Assembly (NCBI GenBank): GCA_032718475.1
Contig: JAUCBJ010003212.1
Coordinates: forward strand, 47,944 to 111,943
Direction of reading: 5' to 3'
DNA length: 64,000 nt
From: Nemertoderma westbladi
Taxonomy: Eukaryota; Animalia; Xenacoelomorpha
The first letter of the stretch is position 1, and every line of letters begins with the position of its first letter. Both the position numbers and the translations under genes were made by a program. The notes beneath the pieces are model-generated. The model was not told the origin of the DNA. It made no database searches and saw nothing but the letters and a program-made list of their open reading frames with translations. Positions 13,401 to 24,452 of this stretch are shown piece after piece.

Positions 13401-16400
13401 TTTTATGGAATGGTGCAAATTAATAAAATATATGGTTAGGACATTATCGTACCATTTTTGGTTTTTTATCCTGCTATTCATTATCGGTATAATTTTATCA
13501 GTGAAAGTGGTCCGTGAAACTTTCCCAGGCAAAATGGGGCTTATGTTACTGTTACCTTGCAACATTTTTAGGATCAAAAGACTTAGTTAAAGTGATGTAC
13601 AACGAAGATTCTATAACTAGTGTCATAAAACGGAATTGGGTATTGGGAAAAATAATTCGTAGTCCAGATAATAACATAAATTCCAGAAATTCCGAAATTC
13701 CAGAAAGTAAAGTCGAAAGTTGTGAAAGTCAAGTTAATGAATGTCCCATAAGTCAGTTGGATCAAGTGTTTGAATGTCCCAGAAGTAAAGAAGGTCAAGA
13801 CGAAAGTCTTAAAGATATTGAATGTCCCGTGCTTCAAAAAAGTCAAATCGACAGTTGTCAAAGTCAAGTTAATGAATGTCCCATAAGTCAATTGGTTGAA
13901 TGTCCCGTGAGTGAGCAGAGTCAAGTGGTGGAATGTTCCGGAAATCAGCAGATTCAAGTGGTGGAATGTCCCGTTAGTCAGCAGAGTCAATTGGTTGAAT
14001 GTCCCGTTAGTCAGCAGAGTCAAGTGGTGGAATGTCCCGTTAGTCAGCAGAGTCAATTGGTTGAATGTCCCGTTAGTCAGCAGAGTCAAGTGGTGGAATG
14101 TTCCGGAAATCAGCAGAGTCAAGTGGTAGAATGTCCCGTTAGTCAGCAGAGTCAATTGGTTGAATGTCCCGTTAGTCAGCAGAGTCAAGTGGTCGAATGT
14201 CCTGTTAGTCAGCAGAGTCAATTGGTTGAATGTCCCGTTAGTCAGCAGAGTCAAGTGGTCGAATGTCCTGTTAGTCAGCAGAGTCAATGGGTTGAATGTC
14301 CCGTTAGTCAGCAGAGTCAAGTGGTGGAATGTTCCGGAAATCAGCAGAGTCAAGTGGTGGAATGTCCCGTTAGTCAGCAGAGTCAATTGGTTGAATGTCC
14401 CGTTAGTCAGCAGAGTCAAGTGGTCGAATGTCCTGTTAGTCAGCAGAGTCAATTGGTTGAATGTCCCGTTAGTCAGCAGAGTCAAGTGGTCGAATGTCCT
14501 GTTAGTCAGCAGAGTCAATTGGTTGAATGTCCCGTTAGTCAGCAGAGTCAAGTGGTGGGATGTTCCGGAAATCAGCAGAGTCAAGTGGTGGAATGTCCCG
14601 TTAGTCAGCAGAGTCAATTGGTTGAATGTCCCGTTAGTCAGCAGAGTCAAGTGGTCGAATGTCCTGTTAGTCAGCAGAGTCAATTGGTTGAATGTCCTGT
14701 TAGTCAGCAGAGTCAAGTGGTGGAATGTTCTGGAAATCAGCAGAGTCAAGTGGTGGAATGTCCCGTTAGTCAGCAGAGTCAATTGGTTGAATGTCCTGTT
14801 AGTCAGCAGAGTCAATTGGTGGAATGTTCCGGAAATCAGCAGAGTCAAGTGGTGGAATGTCCCGTTAGTCAGCAGAGTCCATTGGTTGAATGTCCCGTTA
14901 GTCAGCAGATTCAAGTGGTGGAATGTTCTGGAAATCAGCAGAGTCAAGTGGTCGAATGTCCCGTTAGTCAGCAGAGTCAATTGGTTGAATGTCCCGTTAG
15001 TCAGCAGAGTCAAGTGGTGGAATGTTCTGGAAATCAGCAGAGTCAAGTGGTGGAATGTCCCGTTAGTCAGCAGAGTCAATTGGTTGAATGTCCTGTTAGT
15101 CAGCAGAGTCAATTGGTGGAATGTTCCGGAAATCAGCAGAGTCAAGTGGTGGAATGTCCCGTTAGTCAGCAGAGTCAAGTGGTGGAATGTTCCGGAAATC
15201 AGCAGAGTCAAGTGGTGGAATGTCCCGTTAGTCAGCAGAGTCAATTGGTTGAATGTCCTGTTAGTCAGCAGAGTCAATTGGTGGAATGTTCCGGAAATCA
15301 GCAGAGTCAAGTGGTGGAATGTCCCGTTAGTCAGCAGAGTCAAGTGGTGGAATGTTCCGGAAATCAGCAGAGTCAAGTGGTGGAATGTCCCGTTAGTCAG
15401 CAGAGTCCATTGGTTGAATGTCCCGTTAGTCAGCAGATTCAAGTGGTGGAATGTTCTGGAAATCAGCAGAGTCAAGTGGTCGAATGTCCCGTTAGTCAGC
15501 AGAGTCAATTGGTTGAATGTCCCGTTAGTCAGCAGAGTCAAGTGGTCGAATGTCCCGTTAGTCAGCAGAGTCAATTGGTTGAATGTCCCGTTAGTCAGCA
15601 GAGTCAAGTGGTTGAATGTTTCTTAAGTCAGCTGAGTGAAGTTAATGATATACATGTAAGCGAGGAGAGTTATATTAATGGATGTCCGAATAGTCAAGGC
15701 TTAAGCAAGGATGTCAGCCCCATTAGTGATAAAGATGATTTAATCACTCTCAATTCTTACGATTTAAGAAACATTGGAATAATTGATCAAAATTTGGAGG
15801 ATGATGATGATGACGATGACGATAGAGCTGGTGGACCGGATTGGGTAGCTGATTCTGAAGAAGAAATTGGACCAGAAGAATTTGATGCAGACAATGGAGG
15901 TCCCGTAAAACACGTAAATGACAAAATTACAATAGCTTCCACGTCAAATCGAACTGTTGGTGGCGATTATGTTAGGGTTTACAATAAAGAACAGATGTGT
16001 TATTATTGTCAAGTACCTCAGACCAAGTTAAAACGACACCTTTTATCACAACATCGTGGTGAGAAAGAGGTGTCTCAACTTGCAATTGCGAATACCTTAG
16101 ATGAGGCTAATATAATACAGGCAAAAATTCGAAATTTAGGAGCGCATCAACACAATTGTGATGTGCTACTGAGAGGAGAGGGTAAGCTAATGGTCGTTTA
16201 TAGACCCACCCCTGGTCACAATTACTCTGAGAAAGATTATAGTCCATGTCCTACTTGTTTAGGCTGGTACGTTAGGCGAGATTTATGGCGACACAGATGC
16301 CCAGTTGAAATCCAAAAGAAGAGTAGGCGTTTCGTATATGAAAGCGAGCTTTTAAAGCCTACGAACATGGGTATATCTGGAAAAATTTCTGAAGTATTAG

Positions 16401-19400
16401 GGACTATGCGCCCAGATAATGTCTCAATTGTGGTGAAATCAGATCCTACTATAATGAAAATGGCAAAAAGCCTGTGTCACAAGCACGGTCATAATAAAGA
16501 AAGAAACGCTTATATCCGTGATAAGCTTAGAGAGGTGGGGCGGTTGTTGGTTCAGTTGCGCATATGTACAAACAAACCAAATGGTAAGTTGAGTGATTAT
16601 TTGCGCCCAGAATGTTTAGATAACGTCATAGAAGCGACCCATCAAATTGCAGGCTTTGATAGTGACACACTGTCTCTAAGTAACCCATCGCTCGCATTGA
16701 AGATTGGACATGCTGTGAAGAAATGCGCTACGTTATTAAAAGGTACCGCAATAGAACATAATGATAGCCAACTTCTCAACATTACAGACAATTTCCTTCA
16801 TCTTTGTGATTTACGCTGGTCTGACTTCGTATCAGCCCACGCACTCAGAACAATATATGATCGTAAACGCAACACAAGTGATAATTTACCAGTTACAAGC
16901 GATGTTGTGAAATTCTGCGAGTATCTGCAGCGTAACATTGACATCCATATAGGGAACTTAATTTCGGGTCATTCAAATTGTAAAGAACAATGGGGGGTCC
17001 TTAGTGAGATTGTGTTGTCTTATTTAATCATATTCAATCGGAGAAGGCAAGGAGAGGTCAGCAAAATGAAAGTTCAGGATTTCAATAAATCAATAGACTC
17101 GGGAACTGTAAATAATTCGATAGATACGAATGATTTAGAAGAATTAGAAGTTCAACTAATGAAAATATTTCATGTTGTGGAAATTGTAGGGAAGAGGGGT
17201 AGAAATGTTCCGGTTTTACTCACGGACAAGATTAAAGAAGCACTAACTCTCTTAATAAAATTAAGGAACATTGTTGGCGTTAACGAGATGAATCCGTATT
17301 TATTTCCAAGATCGAGTCAGGGAAGCCTCTGGCACATACGTGGATACGAAGCAATAAATAAGCACGCCATCCTTGCTAAATTGCTAAATCCAGAAACTAT
17401 GAAATCTACCGATCTTAGGAAGCATCTAGCCACGAGTGTATAGGTCTTGAATCTGAATGAGAACGAGCTCGATATTTTAGCAAATTTTATGGGGCACGAC
17501 ATACGTGTACATCGAGAGTATTACAGGCTCCCCGATAAAGTCCTACGTGTCACACAGCTTTCCAAGGTTTTCTTAGCCATGGAACAGGGAAAGATAACAG
17601 AACACCGTGGCAAGAGCTTGGAGGAGATTACTTTAGGTAATGGAATTTTAATAATTAGATGAAACTGTTCGTTCCGTCTTGTTTCTTATATTTGTTGTGT
17701 TTTTAATAAACCCTAAATCATGTTCCTGATCTGCTTCGATTGTACCATCGCTTCTTACTAAACTACTTGTAATTGTTTCTGACTATTGTCTTGTTTTACT
17801 GCTGTTTGTGATAATAATTGTTTTGTTCCGAATAATTAATTGTTTGTCCGAATAATTACCGCATAATCTAATAATTGCACAATATTTCTTCCCGATTGCG
17901 TGTTATCATACAGTAATTGCTCTATTGTTATGTGGGTATTGACATCTGATGTCTCTAAATATTGCACTGCTCAAAAACTAAACGTGCTTCAATTTAAATA
18001 TTATTGTTATCAGACTGCCTGTTTACACAATTCAACATGTTGATTCAACATTTTACCTTTTACCTTGGTTATATTGAAAAATATCGAGGGATGAAAAATA
18101 TCGAGAGTAAAAATAACGCGAGTAAAAATTTCGAGTGTGGAAAAATATCGAGAGTAAAAATATCGAGTGTGGAAAAATATCGAGAGTAAAAATATCGAGT
18201 GTTGAAAAATATCGAGAGTAAAAATATGGAGAGTAAAAATATCGAGTGTTGAAAAATATCGAGAGTAATAATATCGAGAGTAAAAATAACGCGAGTAAAA
18301 TTCCGAGTGTTGAAAATATCGAGAGTAAAAATATCGAGTGTTGAAAAATATCGAGAGTAAAAATATCGAGTGTTGAAAAATATCGTATATAATATCGTAA
18401 TATAACAAAAAAATTGCTCTACAACATTTATAAAAAATAGAAGTAGAAAATACTAGCTAGTATAAAAATTATAATGTGATATATTTACTCTCGATATTTT
18501 TCAACACTCGATATTTTTACTCTCGATATTTTTCAAGTCTCGATATTTTTCACCATTACCTTTACCTTTTATACTTTATATTATAAACATTTTTTCATCA
18601 TAGAACCATCCCGCGACAGCGATTCCGACAGCGATTCGGACAGCAGCAACGAAGGAGACCAAGAGAATGAGAATTTATCTTCAGCGGTAAATGTGGATCG
18701 CGTTGTTCCTCGTCCACTACCACGGCAACATGGTAAAGACGAACATGGAAGTAAATCCTCAAAGATGAAAGTCGCCGTGAGAAATAGTAAGTGTAGGATA
18801 ATAATTTACTTCACAAACTACCCAGTTAAAAATACAATGGCGTGGCATTTGGGTTAAAATTGCGTCTGGAGTAGCAATTGCGTACCCATGTTATTGCGTT
18901 TGATTACTGAGACGAATAGAGTATTACAGTATCCACAAATAGTGTAACAATTATTAGGTACAGCAATGGAGTAGGCATTCTAGGTGAAAACGAAAACCGC
19001 CACTAAGTGTTGAAACTTAACGCAAATCCCAGCATAGCAAATCAAATATCTCGTTTCGGATCATGAACAATGTCAATTATTAAATAAGGGAACGGAACAT
19101 AATACAGTATATATGGTTTTTAAACAAAACAATAAACTAGAGCCAATAACGCATGTTACAGTCTGACAGTGTTACTTTGCTGGTGTTTGCTTATGTTGCT
19201 TTTGTCCAGGTGGTTGTGCGACTAATCTTTAATAAGTCATCATTCCCGATCTAACCAGATGTAGGTCGGGTTATAAAGTAGTGCAGCTGCCACATGTTGG
19301 ACAGCCACTCTCATCAATGTTTGTCTGTTAGTTTAATATATTCCAACCTAGAATTACCAACCTAGGGGTTTATATATAATGGGCTATGACACCACCCCCA

Positions 19401-21004
19401 CCTGAATTAAATTACACATGACAGATTACTTTAAACTAACTAGTGTGATTTTCTGGGGACTTTCGACGCAATAAGAATCCAGCCTTTTCCAGGGGAAATT
19501 CGACGCAAATAACAGCTGATTATTCCAAAAAATAAAACTGTACTGAAAACTATTTTATTGACATTAGTTTAGTATAGTATACTGTAGGCTGGTATAAGGT
19601 GTAGGTAGGCTGCTGTAGGGTCTATATGTTGGGATAGTCTGCAATTGGTTTGTGTAAAAGATTAATCCCGAAATGTCTGTGTCTGGTCTAGTTAATATAT
19701 TTTTGCTTTTTTTTCGCTGTTTATACGCTATTCTGAACCTATAGGAATCTTTGCATATTTTAAAAATACCGCAAACCTACACAATAAATACGGTGTAAAT
19801 ACAATTAAGGGAAACGCTATTTCCACCACTTTGCAAGGGCGGACATTACAACCGCGCTTTAATGTCGTTTAATAATGGCGTTAATAATAGAGCAGCATTT
19901 TTAACTGGGTAGTTGAATACATTATTACGCTACGAAGTTGTTACAGTATAGAGTTTATTTAATTGTATTTTATTGATATAAATTATTTTCATTGCTATCC
20001 TTTTAAACTGTTAATTTAAATTGTTAAGCTAAGAAATTAAATTCAACTTTTAAACTTATATTTAAACATTTTCGATGTTAACTCTCGATATACTATACGT
20101 ATAGAACGTATAGAACGTATAGAACTGTACGTATACATCTTTAGAAACATGATACAGTGATCTACATAGAATAATTAATTAACAAGAAAAACAAATGCTT
20201 ATATATTTTTAGAAAAATCAGTTCAAAATAAGACATGGTCAGATGATGAGAGATGGGCCATTAAAAGGGCAATTAGGGGATTTCCACTCGCCCTGCAACT
20301 GCCGGGCAAAGAAGATTATAGAAAAGTGGATCTTCAAATATCGTGCTCTAGGGGACCGCAACTGGCGAAATGTAAATAATTTTATACGAAACAACAGATC
20401 GAAACTACTCAAACATCCTTAACTGGAGGATTAGGAATTACTATCTGAATTAATCTAATTCTGTTATAAATGTATCTCTATAGTAAGGTTAAGGAACTAT
20501 GATTTTGTTGTGTCGGTCGGTAATATCATATTCATATCATACCAGTAGAGTGTCAGGTATATATTGGAGTGAATTAAACGGAATAAGTGATTTTAATGCC
20601 TGGGGCTGGTAAACTAACTTCCTTACAATAATTTGTCTGTAGACATCAGTCAATATTATTAATTTGTGTTATGTCCTCTATTTGCGCAATTAAGCTGGTG
20701 ACGTCATGGAATTTGGAAAAATGATACATACACGTCGGTTACCGGCACTATGGGGACACAGGAATTGGTACGCAACTTACTATTGGTTCGGGGACACATA
20801 CAGAAGACACACTCACACCCTGTACACTTATTTTTAACAAATCATGGACAAATGAAGATACCATTGAATTAATGATATATTTATGTTAATTAGTGTTCTA
20901 ATTAGGTTTTTTAGTCTTTTCAAATCGGGGTCGTCCCCAGTCTGCACGATGTCCCCGTTTTGTGGGTGAAAATTATGGGATGTGTCCCCAGTTTACACCA
21001 TTTG

Positions 21005-21049
<45 letters not shown>

Positions 21050-22191
21050 ACTTTTGAAAAACGGCCATAGTATAATTATAACAGTTCGCTGATGGCTCGC
21101 ATTTTTGACTCACCCCACAATAAATTAATAATTGCAGAAAAGACGTGTATTTACAACCTCGTGTTTCGTGAAGGTGGGGCCTTCGCGCAGCAATAGGCTA
21201 GGTGAGCTTTAGCATGTATCATTAGTGTACCGACTGATGAGGAACTATATAAATGTGTAGTAGCATACATACCTGTGTTAATTTTTGATAGGCTATATCT
21301 GTATCTGGTTGCGTTCCATTTCATCAAAGATTAACTGACTTATTAGTGTCAAAAATTACCAACTACAACGACGACCGCATACTGTCCACTAATGTCCGAC
21401 ATGCTAAGACTCACCTCCCAACATTCAGTTATAAATACAGTGTAGGATAAGATACCAAACGTAAAAAATTATCATGATAATTGTTTTATTCATTTCACTG
21501 GTTCATAGGTGCGCTGCTGAAAGATGGACGTTTTACGGAAACGGCTGCCGATGGGGCCATTTCAGTATTTTTCCGACAGGCCCCTAATAGATACGGAGGC
21601 GTTAACTAGTAAGTCAATTTTCTGTATCACTTCTACTTCTGAAATTTTATTATAATAATTTATTAATTTAACATTATATGTGGCGGTTGCTGTAGAAAGG
21701 TCACATAATATTTCTAGATCAAAATTTTACCCCCTTTTCAGCTGCCAGATTTTCAGAAACGTAACTTCACTTCTTAAAATGTTATGTCGGTCTGTCCGAC
21801 TGTCTGTTTGTCCATCTTTTCTACTTTAGGTTGTAGAACATAACAAAAGCACACTAATTTGCTAATAGTTTTACCTTGGGGGTTTTCCGGGTCGGTGATT
21901 TCATTTCCGATGTCAGTTTTCATGTTTGACGGAATCTAGTATGTCTTTCTGTCTACACTCATGTAATTCGGGACAAATCTCGATCTCTTATTGTATAAAA
22001 ATTTACAGACACCGGTATTTTATAATATTTATTTATTCTATTGCAGTTTATCTGGAAGAAAACAAGAAAAGAAAACAAGAAAAGCAGAGGAGAAGGGCAA
22101 GGACATTGGAGTTGAGGAAGAGAGGTTATCAATGCCTCCTATGGCTGCCGTGGAAATCGATGATGGTGTGGAGGGAGACGAGGAAGAGTAG
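7477..22191 (+). CDS. Spliced DUF4806-like protein (EnSpm accessory ORF), 377 aa, 7 exons
   Basis: Exons 7477-7582, 7857-7977, 8542-8840, 9667-9857, 10590-10761, 21509-21608, 22047-22191. All introns GT-AG, phases compatible, 1134 nt with no internal stop. Motifs LSEVEEERGRGKRK, LPVQCVDELRKWEKAL, LLSNTVAQRFSKTGRRSTKESF and ISVFFRQAPNRYGG resemble DUF4806 proteins. An acceptor at 7469 suggests a further upstream exon. Confidence 0.8.
9003..9209 (+). repeat. Intronic partial duplicate of exon 3 (3' part plus donor) of the DUF4806-like gene
   Basis: Near-identical to 8661-8855, with small insertions. Confidence 0.85.
13890..15625 (+). repeat. 33-bp coding minisatellite (~53 units) encoding (V/L)VECPVSQQSQ / VVECSGNQQSQ
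   Basis: GAATGT at 13898 and 15614 are exactly 52 x 33 bp apart; in frame within the recombinase exon 3. Confidence 0.97.
18067..18560. mobile_element. MITE (MULE-like) in intron 3 of the recombinase gene
   Basis: TIRs GGTTATATTGAAAAATATCGAG / CTCGATATTTTTCACCATTACC, 8-bp TSD TTTACCTT, internal tandem AAAATATCGAG repeats. Confidence 0.75.
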
Positions 22192-24379
22192 AAGAGAGAA
22201 GACGAGGATTGAGTACTTCATACTCAATGTGCCTTTCTTATAGCCAAATTATATTATACTGTAGCTCGCAGCTCGCACTGTAATCTTATGTACAGAAGTA
22301 CACTAGCAGGCCTACTATATACAGTAAGTAAAGACTTGAAGTAAATACACAGTAAAAACACTTTAACATTAGGCCTACTTAATTCAGCATTCGTTTGATT
22401 ATTACTTACTTGATTACTATATTACAATTTTGGTTAATTGATATTAAAAGATAGAATATGTGCTTTCAAATGTAAAAATACTAAGTTTGGATTATACTGT
22501 ACCATCAACAACGACATTTTTTTACGAATAACCTTCAGTTTAGTTAGGTTTAAGAAATTTTTTAAAGTTGGAACTGCGGCCAAACCAACGATAATTCAAA
22601 AGTATGCAACGTTGAAAAATAACATTCATACTGCAGCAAAACCAACGATAATTCAACAGTATGCAACGTTAAAAAATAACTCTCATTTGTCATTGTTTAT
22701 AGTTAGGTTTAAAGTATTTTTTAACGTTGGAACTGCGGCCAAACCAACGATAATTCAACAGTATGCAACGTTGAATACTAACGTTCATTTGTTAGAAAAT
22801 GAGTGTTGAATAACGTTACATGAACGTTAAATTGTTTGCAGGGTGTACTTCCTAATTATTTCACTTTGTCTAGTCAAAAATTTAACTGTAACCTGCCTGG
22901 GTTATTGAATCTATTGAATATTGGGTCTTGGTGGGATAAATATTTCTCCATTTGACGCAACTCCGCCGCGGCCGCTATGAGGGAGGTGAATACCGCGGCC
23001 GCTCCTAAAGCCGCAGGCCATCGCTAACTATATAGGTTAACTTGGGATTCTGGGGGACTTTTCGATGAAGGAACTGACCAAATTTTTTTATTTTCTCACC
23101 AGGGGAGCGGCTCGGAATTCTAAGATATTAGCAACTCTAACATTATTAAATCTAACCCTTCGACGGACACGGCGGACAAAAAACCGTCATTTTTTCGACA
23201 ATTTTAAAATTTTTTTGAAAGGCGCTCTACAGTGGCTCGAAAAAACCCTAGGTTATTGCTTAGCCGACGCCGGGATACGATAGAAGGGATTAATTAGTGA
23301 ATTCGTTTTTTTTTTCAAAAAAGATTACCACGCCTTTTTTCCGAAAATGTCCGTCAAAGTTGAAAAAACGGACAAAATGACTTTGCGGGATCCGCTATAA
23401 CTCGGCTAATATTAATCGTACGGGGACGAAAGTAACGCGGTTGGAAAGGGGAAGAGTGGTACTACCTTCGTATCGAATGGGGGTAAGATATTTATTAAAA
23501 TTTCGGGTGGAAAAAGGGGCTGTAAATTTGTACGTTTTTGTCCGTCTTTTTTGGAAAACTTATTTCCGAAATGTTTAATTCGACAACGCGGGTAGGAATC
23601 CACTAATTCTTTTATGAAACTCGTAGAAGACCATTGGGGCTACGTTCCTATCGAATGGGGGTACAAAAAATATGTCGGCAATAGGGGCCAAAAAGGGCCA
23701 GAATTTGTAAAGTAGTTTTTATCGAATAATTTTTTATTTTTAACTTTAGTTGGTTAAGGTACATTCTATACAGTCAATATCCATACGGGGAATTCAAATA
23801 TGCTATCGGTTTTGCTCCAAGGATGATATTAAAAAAATGAGGGCCAAAATTATAATTTCGCGCTTCAAACTTGCTTCGCGGGAAATCGTCTAGCTCGAAA
23901 ACTACTTAACTTACGGGAGATTTGTTTACACAGACTTATAGTGCGTTAAATTATCTATCTAACAGCGTTAATCACAGCGCCGGAGGTATTATAAAACTGG
24001 AGCGGCAGGCGATCGTGTGAAATATAATATTTATAAAAAGGGACGAAAAATTTTTTTTTTAACAAATCGCTATTCCATTATAATTTAGCGTATTGCGCCA
24101 AAAGTACCTGTAAAAAGTATCAAATTAACTCCGCTATCTTTTATCTTAACATATATAATTAAAATTACGAATTTTAAGGGTCGAAAAATATCGCGTTATT
24201 TTGGCCCTTGTTTTTAATTTTTTTGGGGCCAAAAATAACCCCTTCTCAAAAGATTAAGAAAAAAATTACGGCAAAGAATATACCAATTTTATTGAATTTG
24301 GACCACCAGAAGCGAAGTTAGAGCGATTTTAGTGAAAAAATAAAAATAATTTTTTTTGCAAAAAAATTAAGAATGGTCA

Positions 24380-24452
24380 GGTCAATATTGAGTTTCGAAC
24401 CCACGAACTTAGGTTTCATTAACGTGATTGATAACCACTAGACTATGTGACC
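24380..24452 (-). pseudogene. Degenerate tRNA-like sequence (tRNA pseudogene or SINE head)
   Basis: Minus strand GGTCACA-TAGTCTAGTGG (A box)...GGTTCGAAAC (B box)...TGACC; 73 nt. Partial acceptor stem, anticodon arm unpaired. Confidence 0.5.

Larger units (their letters stand above)
12359..20422 (+). pseudogene. Spliced Tudor-like / repeat / Zn-finger / tyrosine recombinase / Myb-SANT-like gene with two lesions
   Basis: Exons 12359-12400, 12915-12999, 13572-17636, 18604-18786, 20213-20422; GT-AG, phases 0,1,1,1 match. YR motifs IIFNRRRQGEV, VGKRGRNVPVL, STDLRKHLAT, FMGHDIRVHREYY; Zn finger CYYC...RHLLSQH. TAG at 17441-17443 and a 1-nt frameshift near 20317. Confidence 0.85.
11018..21006 (+). 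mobile_element. Tyrosine-recombinase DNA transposon (Crypton-V-like) inserted in a (CA)n microsatellite
   Basis: Bounded by (AC)n 10997-11017 and (CA)n 21007-21046. Imperfect subterminal IR GTGTAAATTGCGGACA vs TGTCCCCAGTTTACAC, and GGGGAC motif clusters at both ends. Encodes a tyrosine recombinase; no RT or DDE domain seen. Confidence 0.8.
10885..21193 (+). mobile_element. Short DINE-1/Helentron-like (HINE) non-autonomous element (~310 bp when rejoined), split at its (CA)n tract
   Basis: Left part 10885-11017, right part 21007-21193. Internal ~45-bp inverted repeat (CAAAAATGCAAGCC...TTATACTATGGC vs GCCATAGTATAA...GGCTCGCATTTTTG), central (CA)n, and a 3' stem-loop CGTGAAGG-TGGGG-CCTTCGCG near the end. 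Confidence 0.55.
6211..22843 (+). mobile_element. Non-autonomous EnSpm/CACTA (CMC)-type DNA transposon carrying a DUF4806-like gene and nested insertions
   Basis: Ends CCCTGCAAACA (6211) and TGTTTGCAGGG (22833-22843), with imperfect IR extending ~33 bp and 2-bp TSD TG/TG. AACGTT-rich subterminal repeats at both ends: TAATCAAACGTT at 6291/6351/6411, and ~45-bp repeats at 22570-22780. Confidence 0.8.

Noticed and set aside
13514-13571. GTG start of the 1309-aa ORF as listed in the track
   Set aside because: This stretch is intronic; the acceptor TTTTAG ends at 13571 and upstream exons supply an ATG at 12359.
13583-15607. 674-aa antisense ORF that looks LRR-like (LTLLTNGTFNQL)
   Set aside because: It is the shadow of the 33-bp repeat. 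The 11-aa period lacks the LxxLxLxxN core, and the plus frame is continuous with real domains.
11018-21006. Prophage or bacterial integrative element, or a DIRS retrotransposon
   Set aside because: The gene has spliceosomal introns, and there are no phage genes and no RT/RNase H.
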